A stretch of 64,000 nucleotides of DNA, taken from contig JABLTI010000001.1 of NCBI GenBank assembly GCA_013166835.1, positions 1-64,000 of the forward strand. The letters run 5' to 3'. Of the stretch, positions 39,130 through 48,009 are shown piece after piece. The stretch is from Promethearchaeati archaeon (GTDB taxonomy: Archaea; Asgardarchaeota; Heimdallarchaeia; JABLTI01). The notes beneath the pieces were generated by a model that was given only the letters and a program-made list of their open reading frames with translations, was not told where the DNA came from and searched no databases. Position numbers and translations under genes: made by a program. Position 1 is the stretch's first letter, and each line of letters opens with the position of its first letter.

Positions 39130-39894
39130 TCAATCACAAGTAGCTAAGTTTTCATCCACTTTTTTAGACTTAACAAAGAAACCTAAGAGCATAAACAACA
39201 TTCCTATTCCTACGAATATGAATTCGATTCCGTTTAAAATTTGAGCATTATCCCAAGTACTAGCTAGAACATTTGATAATATATTTGGAATTAGTGATCC
39301 TATACTAAGGCTGAATCCAGTTAAGAAATATTTCAAACAAAGCCTAATGTTTTCATCTTGTGTGTGTTTTAGAGCTCGTGAGAAATAAACGAAGATTATT
39401 ACAATCATAGTTATACAAATGGGATAAAATATCCCCATGAAGAAAGGAGAAGTTTGGCTATCAGCAGTTTCTCCACCACCAGATTTTATGGAATACCAAA
39501 GATTAGAGCTTGTATTTGTTAATCCAAATAAAAGCCCACCAATTGTTAATACCACAAGAATTACTGGTACAAGAATTTCCCATCTAAAAGCAAAATGAGT
39601 CCCAAAATTGAATGCTATCGAGCTAAGCATCAGTAATGCTATACCACAAACTAAAGATAAGGCATAGATTTTTGTGAGAACTAGCATAGCAGTAGGATCA
39701 CTTTGCGAATAAACAAAAGCTCCAAGAGGTAAAAAGACATAACCTATTGCTAGGAAGAAGAAACTACTTGCGAACAACCAATTTATCTTTTCAGTTGGAC
39801 ATCTCTTCAAAACAATTGTAGTAATGATTACTAGCATTGTGAAACTAGAACCTCCTACAACTAAACTGAGATAATTTATCCAACTTAATACCAT
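39130..39894 (-). CDS. stand-alone 7-TM membrane protein (HisKA_7TM-like)
   Basis: Seven hydrophobic segments, an N-x-LF motif at TM2, no soluble domain. Confidence 0.55.
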   Translation of the reverse strand: MVLSWINYLSLVVGGSSFTMLVIITTIVLKRCPTEKINWLFASSFFFLAIGYVFLPLGAFVYSQSDPTAMLVLTKIYALSLVCGIALLMLSSIAFNFGTHFAFRWEILVPVILVVLTIGGLLFGLTNTSSNLWYSIKSGGGETADSQTSPFFMGIFYPICITMIVIIFVYFSRALKHTQDENIRLCLKYFLTGFSLSIGSLIPNILSNVLASTWDNAQILNGIEFIFVGIGMLFMLLGFFVKSKKVDENLATCD

Positions 39895-39981
39895 TTGAAT
39901 CCCAGAATTTTAACTCTCGAGAAAAAAAGAACACAAACGTATTTAAAAATTCTTTCGAGTAGGTATGCTTTTGATTATAGC

Positions 39982-40374
39982 TCATTTAGTCCCAAGTTCT
40001 ACTTCAATATTCTTAACATAGATGTCTCTTCCACCACTGATTTTAGTGTTATTGGACTTACATTTTGGGCACTCGAAGATATTCACTAAATCAACTACGA
40101 AATGATCCACATCCTTCTTCTTTGCATCAACAGATCCTTTATAGCCGCAGTCTTTACAATCAATTTCCCCTTTCTGTGCTTCAATTATCAAATCTGCTTT
40201 TTCTGCTAAGGTACCTTCTGCTGCAATTTCAAACGCAAACTTTAACTGTTCGGTGTTTAGCATAGAGAAATCACCAACAACTAATTCCACTTTCTTAATT
40301 CTAGTTGCATTATGTTCTTTTGCAACAGCGGTAATCGTCTCTATAACACCAACCGCAGTTGAATATTCGTGCAA
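39982..40374 (-). CDS. hypA: hydrogenase nickel metallochaperone
   Basis: MHE start, CKDC and CPKC, GG-x-D. Confidence 0.93.
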   Translation of the reverse strand: MHEYSTAVGVIETITAVAKEHNATRIKKVELVVGDFSMLNTEQLKFAFEIAAEGTLAEKADLIIEAQKGEIDCKDCGYKGSVDAKKKDVDHFVVDLVNIFECPKCKSNNTKISGGRDIYVKNIEVELGTK

Positions 40375-40581
40375 TGATAGTACCTCAAGATTTTCTTAAC
40401 AACTAACACAACTACCTTTTATTGATAAATTTGTGTATTCAACTTGTGAAGTGGAGAAATCTTTTCAAATTAAAAACTATAGTAACAAATCCCCAATAGA
40501 AAAGAAAAGTAATAATATATAAGGGAGAAAATAACCTTTAAATTACCATCCACCTCAAAAGGAAGCAGCGAGGAAGAAAAA

Positions 40582-40983
40582 TTGTCTAAAAGTAGTAAAG
40601 CTAAGAAAGGAAAAACCGCAGAAAGAAGAAATCTCAGAGTAATCTATCCAGAGTATTTCGATAAAAACCTAACTTGGCGAATGGGTCGAAGAGTATCAAC
40701 AAAATTAGCATTTGATGCCCCAGAGCTACAGAGGGTTGCTCTAGCAGCCAAAAAAGCGGGGTACGAAGTATTCCTTGATAAAGAGAAACATTACTCGAAA
40801 ACTTGGTATGAGCAAAAGGGAAGATTACTAATAACAAAAGATGGTTCCAAAGAGGAACAAATACGCGAAATAGCTCGAAACCTTTCAAAAGTGAATGTAC
40901 CAAAACCAAAGGCAACTAAGAAACCTGTAGATAAGAAGAAGAAAGTAAAGAAAGGTAGTGTCTATAGACAGAAATCTCGCTAA
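40582..40983 (+). CDS. srp19: signal recognition particle 19 kDa protein
   Basis: IYPEYFD...GRRV...Y...W...GR...KE. Confidence 0.88.
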   Translation: MSKSSKAKKGKTAERRNLRVIYPEYFDKNLTWRMGRRVSTKLAFDAPELQRVALAAKKAGYEVFLDKEKHYSKTWYEQKGRLLITKDGSKEEQIREIARNLSKVNVPKPKATKKPVDKKKKVKKGSVYRQKSR

Positions 40984-41025
40984 TTAATTATTGTTTTTCA
41001 AGAAACTATACCGGAAGTGTAACCT

Positions 41026-41331
41026 CTGAAGAAACTTGGTAAAGTGACAACGGTTAACAAGAAAGGAACTTTCTTAGTTAGATCTACAAAACCACATAGA
41101 ATAGGTATACAAGTTGTCAACCAAGAAATAAAGAGGTTAGGAAAAGTGGTAGATGTTATCGGTCCAGCAACAGCCCCATATATTGTAATCAATACTAGGG
41201 ACGCTCAAGCACAAACTAAGAAGGGAGACGTTGTGTATTTATTGGATAAACCCCCACAAAAACCAAAACGTTCTCAACAGAACAGATCCGGAAAACCACG
41301 TTATTCTAAAAAATCTTACTCGAAAAAATAA
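41026..41331 (+). CDS. gar1: H/ACA RNP subunit Gar1/Naf1
   Basis: LGKVVDVIGP...PY core; N-terminal (M)KKLGKV is restored only with the CTG at 41026 (ORF track gives GTG 41044). Confidence 0.82.
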   Translation: MKKLGKVTTVNKKGTFLVRSTKPHRIGIQVVNQEIKRLGKVVDVIGPATAPYIVINTRDAQAQTKKGDVVYLLDKPPQKPKRSQQNRSGKPRYSKKSYSKK

Positions 41332-41425
41332 AAAGACCTGAAAATTGCTTCTAGAAACCATCTCGAGTAACAACTTGTGACCTCTAAATGAGTCTCTTAG
41401 TTGAGTTCTAAAAAAGTGAATCCGC

Positions 41426-41433
41426 TTTATATA
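41426..41433 (+). promoter_or_regulatory. TATA box of the micro-ORF pair
   Basis: TTTATATA with a purine-rich upstream stretch, about 50 nt before ATG 41483. Confidence 0.6.
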
Positions 41434-41482
41434 TACCCTAGAGGATAGTATAATTAAGAACAAAACTCGGAGAAGAAAAAAA

Positions 41483-41569
41483 ATGAACAGAACAAAACAA
41501 AAAATTAGAGAACAAGTCAGAAAGGAAATCGAACAAACCAGATTTAAGACACTCTTAATTGGTTGTTAA
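41483..41569 (+). CDS. 28-aa micropeptide MNRTKQKIREQVRKEIEQTRFKTLLIGC
   Basis: ATG to TAA, GGAGA RBS, upstream TATA, similar to the adjacent ORF. Confidence 0.65.
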   Translation: MNRTKQKIREQVRKEIEQTRFKTLLIGC

Positions 41570-41604
41570 AAAAAATCTGAAGAAAAATTTGGAGGACACT
41601 AAAA

Positions 41605-41691
41605 ATGTTGAAAAGAAAAGAACTTCAAAAGAAAATCAAGCAAGATAGAGAAAAAGCAAGAATGAAATATCTCTTAATGACTGGAAGATAA
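41605..41691 (+). CDS. 28-aa micropeptide MLKRKELQKKIKQDREKARMKYLLMTGR
   Basis: GGAGG RBS 9 nt upstream; same length and residue pattern as the previous ORF. Confidence 0.7.
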   Translation: MLKRKELQKKIKQDREKARMKYLLMTGR

Positions 41692-41695
41692 TCGA

Positions 41696-41723
41696 TCTGC
41701 AATACTATCAAATAGCTTGCAGA
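41696..41723. terminator. hairpin between the micro-ORFs and the convergent NAD kinase gene
   Basis: TCTGCAA-ta-CTAT-caa-ATAG-c-TTGCAGA. Confidence 0.55.
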
Positions 41724-41770
41724 ATCATCTTTCATACCAATATTGTTAATTTTAATATCGTTATTGTTAT

Positions 41771-42892
41771 TCAAAAATCGATTTTATAAACTACCTTCTC
41801 ACGAAAACCTGTTGTTACAGTTATGTAGCCACTTAATAATTGATTCAATTCCTTATCCCCTGTGTCAACAAGAAAAGGTCGACCGTTTAGAGAGTTAATT
41901 TTCTGTTTAGTCGCTACAACAAGAATGTTATCTTTTCCTACTTCCCTAATTACTTCTGAACTTATTTGCTGGTTACCTCTGCCAAACAAGTATCCTTGCC
42001 CTCCAATAGGTGTGATTATTAGTTTAGCTTTCTTCCCTCTTATGTGTTCAAGCAATCCTTTTTCGTTTAAATCCTTACCAATGAGTTTCTTTCCATGGAT
42101 AAGGTCAACCCCTAGAAGGGTATAATCTAGCTTCAGTTTCTCCATGATCGGTCTCGTAGTTGTTCCTGGTCCAATAATATAGTAAAAATTCTCATCCATG
42201 TTTTCTATAATAACCTCAGCAATTGCTTCTTGAGCATAATTTTCGTTTCCTAAACTCCCGAATTTCATACCTTGGACATGTCTTTTCTCAAAAGGAATTT
42301 TCAAGTACCCATAAAGCTTAGCTGAAACAAAACCCGCTCTGAAAGCCTCTTCATCAATATCCATAACTTCTGCTTCTTTTATCTCTGTCACTTTTCCTTG
42401 GAGATAAAGAGCAGCAAGATCTCCCCCTCTCATTGGATTACAAGCGTAGACAGCTGAATGCATTTTAACTCCCGTAGGGATACCTAAAACAACAAGGTCC
42501 TTGCCAACTGCACGATAGATATCTCTAGCAGTGCCATCTCCTCCAGCAAAAAGTAAAAGATCGATTTTTAATTCACTGAGGTCTTTTGCAGCTTGTTGAG
42601 TATCAGTTGCGGTAGTGTTTCCTTCTTCAATGGAACCAATCACTTTCGGTTTAAAGCCACAGGACTTTGCAGCATTTTCACCCATATTTCCAGGATAGGT
42701 GATTAATTCGATTTCATTTTTGAGGGAAGTAAGTCTTTCAATAGCTTCAATTGCTCGTTTCGGTGATTCCAATTTTGCCCCAAGAGTCTTAGCTTGTTCC
42801 AAAATAGCTTGACCATCAGTTCCTTTTAGGCCAACTTTGCCACCCATGCCAGCAATAGGATTAACTATTAAACCTAGTTTCCTCAATTCCAA
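41771..42892 (-). CDS. ATP-NAD kinase family protein (AcoX-like long form)
   Basis: [35 protein letters not shown]. Confidence 0.9.
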   Translation of the reverse strand: MELRKLGLIVNPIAGMGGKVGLKGTDGQAILEQAKTLGAKLESPKRAIEAIERLTSLKNEIELITYPGNMGENAAKSCGFKPKVIGSIEEGNTTATDTQQAAKDLSELKIDLLLFAGGDGTARDIYRAVGKDLVVLGIPTGVKMHSAVYACNPMRGGDLAALYLQGKVTEIKEAEVMDIDEEAFRAGFVSAKLYGYLKIPFEKRHVQGMKFGSLGNENYAQEAIAEVIIENMDENFYYIIGPGTTTRPIMEKLKLDYTLLGVDLIHGKKLIGKDLNEKGLLEHIRGKKAKLIITPIGGQGYLFGRGNQQISSEVIREVGKDNILVVATKQKINSLNGRPFLVDTGDKELNQLLSGYITVTTGFREKVVYKIDF

Positions 42893-42909
42893 TCATCTTT
42901 TTAACAGAC

Positions 42910-44460
42910 TTACTTTTTATTCTTCTTCAGATAGGCCCTCCACGTAATAGCCCATCTTGCAGGATCATCTAAAGGTTCATGGTCATACTTATGAACAACA
43001 CTTCTATGAGGAGCATTCTTAACTATCTCTGGATTCTCATATGCTTCTTTTACCACTTGTTTCAGTCCTTCGATGTATTCATCGATCTCTTCTTTCGAGT
43101 AAGACTCTGTGGGTTCAAGAGTGAAAGGTTGAGGAACAATAAAGGGGTGATGAGAAGACCACATATGAAATCCGAAATCAGCCATACGATACGTGACATC
43201 TTCAGTAGTTATTCCAGTGTCTTTGTAAAGTTGTTCCCAGCTGTAACGAACTTGTTCTATACGATGTCTACCTTTCGCGTAAGGAGCGCTTGCCCCGCGA
43301 ATTTCCAGCACTTTTTTCAAAAGATAATTGTTGTTAAGAACAGCAATGCGAGAAGCTTCAACTAAACCTTCACGACCTAAACTCATAATCCAAGAATAAG
43401 CCTTCAAAACAGCAGGAATAACACCATGAAAACCTCGAACTTTACCAATGCTCTTTGGAAGATCATGTTTGAAATAATACTTCTTTCCATCAAATTCTAC
43501 TAAAGGAACAGGTAAATAATCAATAAATTCCTTAGTTGCTCCGAGAGCTCCGGAAGCTGGTCCTCCGCAGCCATGTGGTGAAGAAAAGGTTTTGTGTAGA
43601 TTAAAGAAACAGAGATCGAATCCCGCTTCTTTCGCTCTTGTAATTCCCAGTAAACCATTAGCATTTGCTTGGTCATACCCGCAAATCCCACCTGCTTCGT
43701 GAACAATTTTTGTAAATTCTTTGATTTGCGGATTAAAGATTCCAGTATCTTCTGGATTAGTAATTAGTAATCCCGCAGTTCTTTCTGAAACTACTTTTTT
43801 CAGGGCTTCGACATCTGGCAATCCATCTTCGTTAGGATAGATACTGATGACTTTATACCCTTTTATATCCGGTGCAGCCGCATCAGAAGGATGTGAGAAC
43901 ATAGTGGTAATAATTTCATCTCGTTTTTCTCCTTCTCCTCTAGATTCATGGTAAGCTTGGATTATGGAAACTATTGTAAAAATTGCTTGACTCCCACTAG
44001 CTGGTTGAACTGTAAATTTATCCATCCCTGAGATTTCTCTCAGAAACAAGTCTAGTTTATACATTATTTCTAGGGTGCCTTGTGCTGTGCTTTCATCTTG
44101 CGATGGATGAAGTTCAGTGAATTTTGGAGAAGTGGCAAATTTCTCATTGATTTTTGGGCTGTATTTCATTGTGCACGTTCCTTGTCCAATATCTACATTC
44201 AAGTCAGCACCAAGAGTTTGCTGGGACATACGAAGATAATGTTTGAGAACACGCATTTGAGATATCTCTGGGAGATGCGGAGGTTGTTTTCTTCTCATTG
44301 ATTCGGGGATTTTAGAAAATCCATCACCGACAATTTCCTCTATTTCTTTCTCAATCTTAGGAAATAGTATACCTCGTTCTCCTTTGTTACTTAATTCATA
44401 AATAACAGGTTCATCCCATTTTGCTTGATGAAAATTTCTTACTCCGATTTTTTTGGTCAT
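42910..44460 (-). CDS. gcvPB: glycine dehydrogenase subunit 2-like PLP enzyme
   Basis: GTCTMKYSPK, SHPSDAA, TNP, DQANAN, NLHKTFSSPHG (PLP lysine), EPTES. Confidence 0.9.
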   Translation of the reverse strand: MTKKIGVRNFHQAKWDEPVIYELSNKGERGILFPKIEKEIEEIVGDGFSKIPESMRRKQPPHLPEISQMRVLKHYLRMSQQTLGADLNVDIGQGTCTMKYSPKINEKFATSPKFTELHPSQDESTAQGTLEIMYKLDLFLREISGMDKFTVQPASGSQAIFTIVSIIQAYHESRGEGEKRDEIITTMFSHPSDAAAPDIKGYKVISIYPNEDGLPDVEALKKVVSERTAGLLITNPEDTGIFNPQIKEFTKIVHEAGGICGYDQANANGLLGITRAKEAGFDLCFFNLHKTFSSPHGCGGPASGALGATKEFIDYLPVPLVEFDGKKYYFKHDLPKSIGKVRGFHGVIPAVLKAYSWIMSLGREGLVEASRIAVLNNNYLLKKVLEIRGASAPYAKGRHRIEQVRYSWEQLYKDTGITTEDVTYRMADFGFHMWSSHHPFIVPQPFTLEPTESYSKEEIDEYIEGLKQVVKEAYENPEIVKNAPHRSVVHKYDHEPLDDPARWAITWRAYLKKNKK

Positions 44461-44486
44461 CTTTCTTAACTCCTTTCAAGTTCTCC

Positions 44487-45884
44487 TTAGTTCAAGCACT
44501 CATCCAAAGCTTGGACAAGTCGATCTATGTCCTCCTTTGTGTGCACTTCAGTTACACAATAGACTGCGCATTTCCCTAATTCAGAAAATTCTGCAGAGAC
44601 ATCTTTACCGCCGAAAATACCTTTCTTAAGCAAAGATTTGTTCACATTTTCTACCGTTTTACCGGAACCACTGAAATCCACGACAAATTCTTTGAAGTGA
44701 GGTGATTTCTGGAAAGGAATTTTTACTCCTTTTATTTCGGAGAGTTTCTTTATTGCATACTGTGATTTTTGCAGAATTAGTTGGCCTAATTCTTGTAATC
44801 CTTGTGGTCCAACCAAAGCCAAGTAGACACCAGCAGTAATACCCCACAATGCTGCAGCTGTCCCTACATATTCTTTACCTTCTTCTCGACCATGAAAAGA
44901 AGTTCGATCATAAAACACATCACCAAAACCCCATTCGCCTTCAACAGCAGTTTTAGTAACACCAAATAACCTCGAAGGATACTCACTTACGAATTTTTCA
45001 TCGTCATGAGTGCCGATAAATCCTGCGAGCCCCCCACCAAATTGCATGTGAATACCAAAAGCTTGAACATCACCACATACAATATCCGCTCCGTAATTGC
45101 TTGGAGGAGCTAAAACACTCAAGGACATAGGATCTAATCCTACAATGCTTAAAGCACCGTGTTTATGAGCGATCTCTGAAATAATTTTGCCTTGATCATC
45201 TATACATCCTAAGTACGAGGGATTTTCAAAGTAAATACAAGCAGTTTTTGAAGATATTTTTGTTTTCAAGTCTTCAAGATCAAGTCGTCCAGTTTTCAAA
45301 TTGAAGTCAACAAATTTTACCTCTACAACAGGTTTGCAATAGTTTTGAATTATTTTGAGTCTATCTGGAGAAATAGATTTAGAAATTAATACTTCAGAAC
45401 GACCGGTTATTCTTCCTGCCATGCGTATTGAAGTACTTGCAGCTTGCCCCCAATCAAAAGTTGGGATATTTACGACATCCATTTCTAAAAGATCACCCAT
45501 CATGCTTGCGTACTCAAAACATGCTTGAAATCTTCCGTGATCTTCGTATGGTTCACCAGCGTACGCAGTCAAAAATTCCGATCGTTGATTGATTTCATCA
45601 CAAATTGCTGGTACGTAATGTTGCCAACAATCGCCACCCAAAAAACTAAGATTTTCCTGACAAGTCTTATTTTTCGCTAGGATTCCTTCCACATGTTTTT
45701 TGAGACCAAATTCCGAAGGAAAAGGATCGGGTAATTTCAGTTCACCTTTGAACCTTAGATTCTCAGGAATGTCCTCGTAGAGTTCTTCTATATCCTTTAC
45801 TCCAATTTCTTTCATCATTTTTGCCTTAACTTCTGGAACAGAATTCGGAATGTAAGGATGAATGAGTTTCGTTTCTTTAACCAT
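44487..45884 (-). CDS. gcvPA: glycine dehydrogenase subunit 1-like protein
   Basis: HPYIP, FLG, EFLTAY, GADIVCG, FGG, VTEVHT. Confidence 0.9.
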   Translation of the reverse strand: MVKETKLIHPYIPNSVPEVKAKMMKEIGVKDIEELYEDIPENLRFKGELKLPDPFPSEFGLKKHVEGILAKNKTCQENLSFLGGDCWQHYVPAICDEINQRSEFLTAYAGEPYEDHGRFQACFEYASMMGDLLEMDVVNIPTFDWGQAASTSIRMAGRITGRSEVLISKSISPDRLKIIQNYCKPVVEVKFVDFNLKTGRLDLEDLKTKISSKTACIYFENPSYLGCIDDQGKIISEIAHKHGALSIVGLDPMSLSVLAPPSNYGADIVCGDVQAFGIHMQFGGGLAGFIGTHDDEKFVSEYPSRLFGVTKTAVEGEWGFGDVFYDRTSFHGREEGKEYVGTAAALWGITAGVYLALVGPQGLQELGQLILQKSQYAIKKLSEIKGVKIPFQKSPHFKEFVVDFSGSGKTVENVNKSLLKKGIFGGKDVSAEFSELGKCAVYCVTEVHTKEDIDRLVQALDECLN

Positions 45885-45917
45885 AAAATTAAACCACCAA
45901 TAAATTGTACCTGTAGA

Positions 45918-46718
45918 TTAAGCTAATCCCCCACCATCTACAATAAGGAACGTGCCTGTCACCCAACTTGAAAGGTCACTAGCAAGATAAAGAACTGCAT
46001 GAGCGACATCTTTTACATCGCCTACTCGTCCAAGAGGTCTATCTGCTGCTTCTTTCATGAATTCTTCTACATCTAGCCCTAATTGTTTTGCTTCTCCTCG
46101 AAGTAGGGGAGTATCAACATCGCCTGGACAAACACAGTTAACACGAATCCCTTGCTTTCCAAAGTCAATTGCCATTGCTCGAGTCATATTTACAACTCCT
46201 CCTTTGGCTGCGCAGTAAGCAACCGCATTAGGTCCTCCTTTGATGCCCCAACCTGAACCATTGTTAATAATACTCCCTCCTTTGCCTTCGATCATAATTG
46301 GAATTACGTATCGAGAAAGCAAGTAGACAGATTTTAGGTTAACATTAATCATTAAATCCCAGTCTTTTTCCTCTAAATTCACAATGTTCTTTCGTCGCAT
46401 TACTCCAGCATTATTAAAGAGAACATCTATTCTCCCAAACTCTTTGTGGATCGCTTGAATTGTTTTCTTGCAATCGGAATCAGAGGAAACATCACAAAAG
46501 AGAAATTTAGATTTTCCACCCGATTTTTTAATTTTCTCAACTGCTTTAATGCCTTCAGACTCATTGATATCTAATATTACTACAGTAGCACCTGCTTCCG
46601 CTAATAGTTCGGCAGATGCTAATCCGATACCGGATGATCCTCCAGTTACAATAGCAATTTTTCCATCTAAGGAAATCTGTTCTAATATACGACTATTTTT
46701 TGAAACCATATCTTTCAA
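45918..46718 (-). CDS. SDR family oxidoreductase
   Basis: TGGSSGIG, NNAG, YCAAK, VDGG. Confidence 0.93.
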   Translation of the reverse strand: MKDMVSKNSRILEQISLDGKIAIVTGGSSGIGLASAELLAEAGATVVILDINESEGIKAVEKIKKSGGKSKFLFCDVSSDSDCKKTIQAIHKEFGRIDVLFNNAGVMRRKNIVNLEEKDWDLMINVNLKSVYLLSRYVIPIMIEGKGGSIINNGSGWGIKGGPNAVAYCAAKGGVVNMTRAMAIDFGKQGIRVNCVCPGDVDTPLLRGEAKQLGLDVEEFMKEAADRPLGRVGDVKDVAHAVLYLASDLSSWVTGTFLIVDGGGLA

Positions 46719-46751
46719 CTTCCATAAATTACATCATCTTTAATTCGAAAA

Positions 46752-47528
46752 TCACTCATCCATAGGAGTATAAGGACCAGCTGTTTCTCCACCATCGATA
46801 GCTATAGCTTGGCCAGTAATATAGGCTGCTTCTTTTGAAGCCAAGAACGCGAATAACCCCGCAACTTCTGCAGGTTCAGCATGACGTTGCAAAGGAATTT
46901 TAGCATTGACTACTTCTAACATTTCGGGAGTATATTCAGCTTTTTGCATCGGGGTTAAAACATAGCCAGGACAAATAGCATTAACTCTCAACCAGGGAGC
47001 AAATTCCAAGGCCAAAGTTTTAGCTAAAAGCATAACACCTGCTTTGGAGCTGTTATAGTCAGCGTAATATGCATGCCCTTCCATTCCATTTGTTGAGGCT
47101 GTTAACAAAACTACTCCAGAACGCTGCTTCTTCATTCGAAGAATTGCTTCTTTCGAACAAAGAAACATTCCATCAAGATTAACCCGGAGAACCTTGGACC
47201 ATTGTTCATAATCAATTTTTAGAAAAGGATTACGGAAACTAACTCCAGCGTTAGAAATTAGGATATCAATACCCCCAAGGAGTTCATCCACTTGTTTGAA
47301 TGCTTGCTCAACATCCTTAGGATTGCTCACATCAGCAAGCACTCCACCTGCTAATTCAGGAATTTCATCTGCTGCTCTATCTAGAGCTTCCTGATCCCAA
47401 TCAATAATAACAACCTTGGATTTTTCAGCAATAAAACGTTCTGCCGTTGCAAACCCAATACCACTTGCCCCACCAGTTATGACAACTCTTTTCCCTTCAA
47501 GATCTTTGTAAATACCCAATTTTATCAC
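46752..47528 (-). CDS. SDR family oxidoreductase
   Basis: TGGASGIG, NAG, YNSSK, IDGG. Confidence 0.93.
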   Translation of the reverse strand: MIKLGIYKDLEGKRVVITGGASGIGFATAERFIAEKSKVVIIDWDQEALDRAADEIPELAGGVLADVSNPKDVEQAFKQVDELLGGIDILISNAGVSFRNPFLKIDYEQWSKVLRVNLDGMFLCSKEAILRMKKQRSGVVLLTASTNGMEGHAYYADYNSSKAGVMLLAKTLALEFAPWLRVNAICPGYVLTPMQKAEYTPEMLEVVNAKIPLQRHAEPAEVAGLFAFLASKEAAYITGQAIAIDGGETAGPYTPMDE

Positions 47529-47660
47529 ACCATGGTTTTGGATTGAATATTTTTATTAAAGCATTTCCAACAGCTATTCAAAACCACTACCCTCTTTGAA
47601 AGCAGCAACAGTTTAAAGAATTTATGATGAAAAAGGAGAACTTAATGTAAGAAGAATTAG

Positions 47661-47797
47661 ATGTATCCCTCAGAAAACGAGGGACACACAGTCCAAAAAG
47701 AATATTTGATCAGCTCAAATATTCGCAGAGTTGGTCCTAGAAAGGAATTATTTTGCCGGGGGGCGACAAAAGTAGACCTTGTGTGCCAATCTCTGAT
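47661..47797 (-). ncRNA. candidate structured ncRNA (pseudoknot plus hairpins), family unknown
   Basis: Six helices in ~140 nt of a GC-enriched intergenic patch; G-U wobbles favour the minus strand; TTTTTAAA box at 47827-47820. Confidence 0.55.
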
Positions 47798-48009
47798 GTA
47801 GATATGGTTTCTCATTTCCTTTAAAAATCTCACTTCAACATCCAAATATATTGAAAGAAAAAAAATCCAGAAATTATTTGTAAAAATAACTAGAAATCTA
47901 TTTGAATTATGAACTTTCAAAAATAAGAAAAGAATTAAAAGTAATTACAGAGAGAAAGATAATAGTAAATAACCAATATATCGTATAAAACTAATATGGT
48001 GAAAATATT

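Noticed and set aside
40559-40574. AAGGAAGCAGC upstream of srp19 resembling the 3' side of SRP RNA helix 8
   Set aside because: The complementary 5' half (CAGG-x-CC-GNRA) is absent; the tract adjoins the GAGG RBS and is likely coincidental.
47725-47795. SAM-I or glycine riboswitch (GCAGAG...GTGCCAAT words; position upstream of gcvP)
   Set aside because: It lacks the AUC...GAU P1 and GCAACC of SAM-I, and the GGAGA...CCGAAG...CUCUCAGG core of glycine aptamers.
47624-47796. Plus-strand C/D box RNA (ATGATGA ... CTGA)
   Set aside because: The ~170-nt span is far longer than typical archaeal C/D guides, there are no clear C'/D' boxes, and wobble pairs favour the minus strand.
47657-47920. 87-aa minus-strand ORF
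   Set aside because: No RBS, atypical composition, and it overlaps the structured element; probably spurious.
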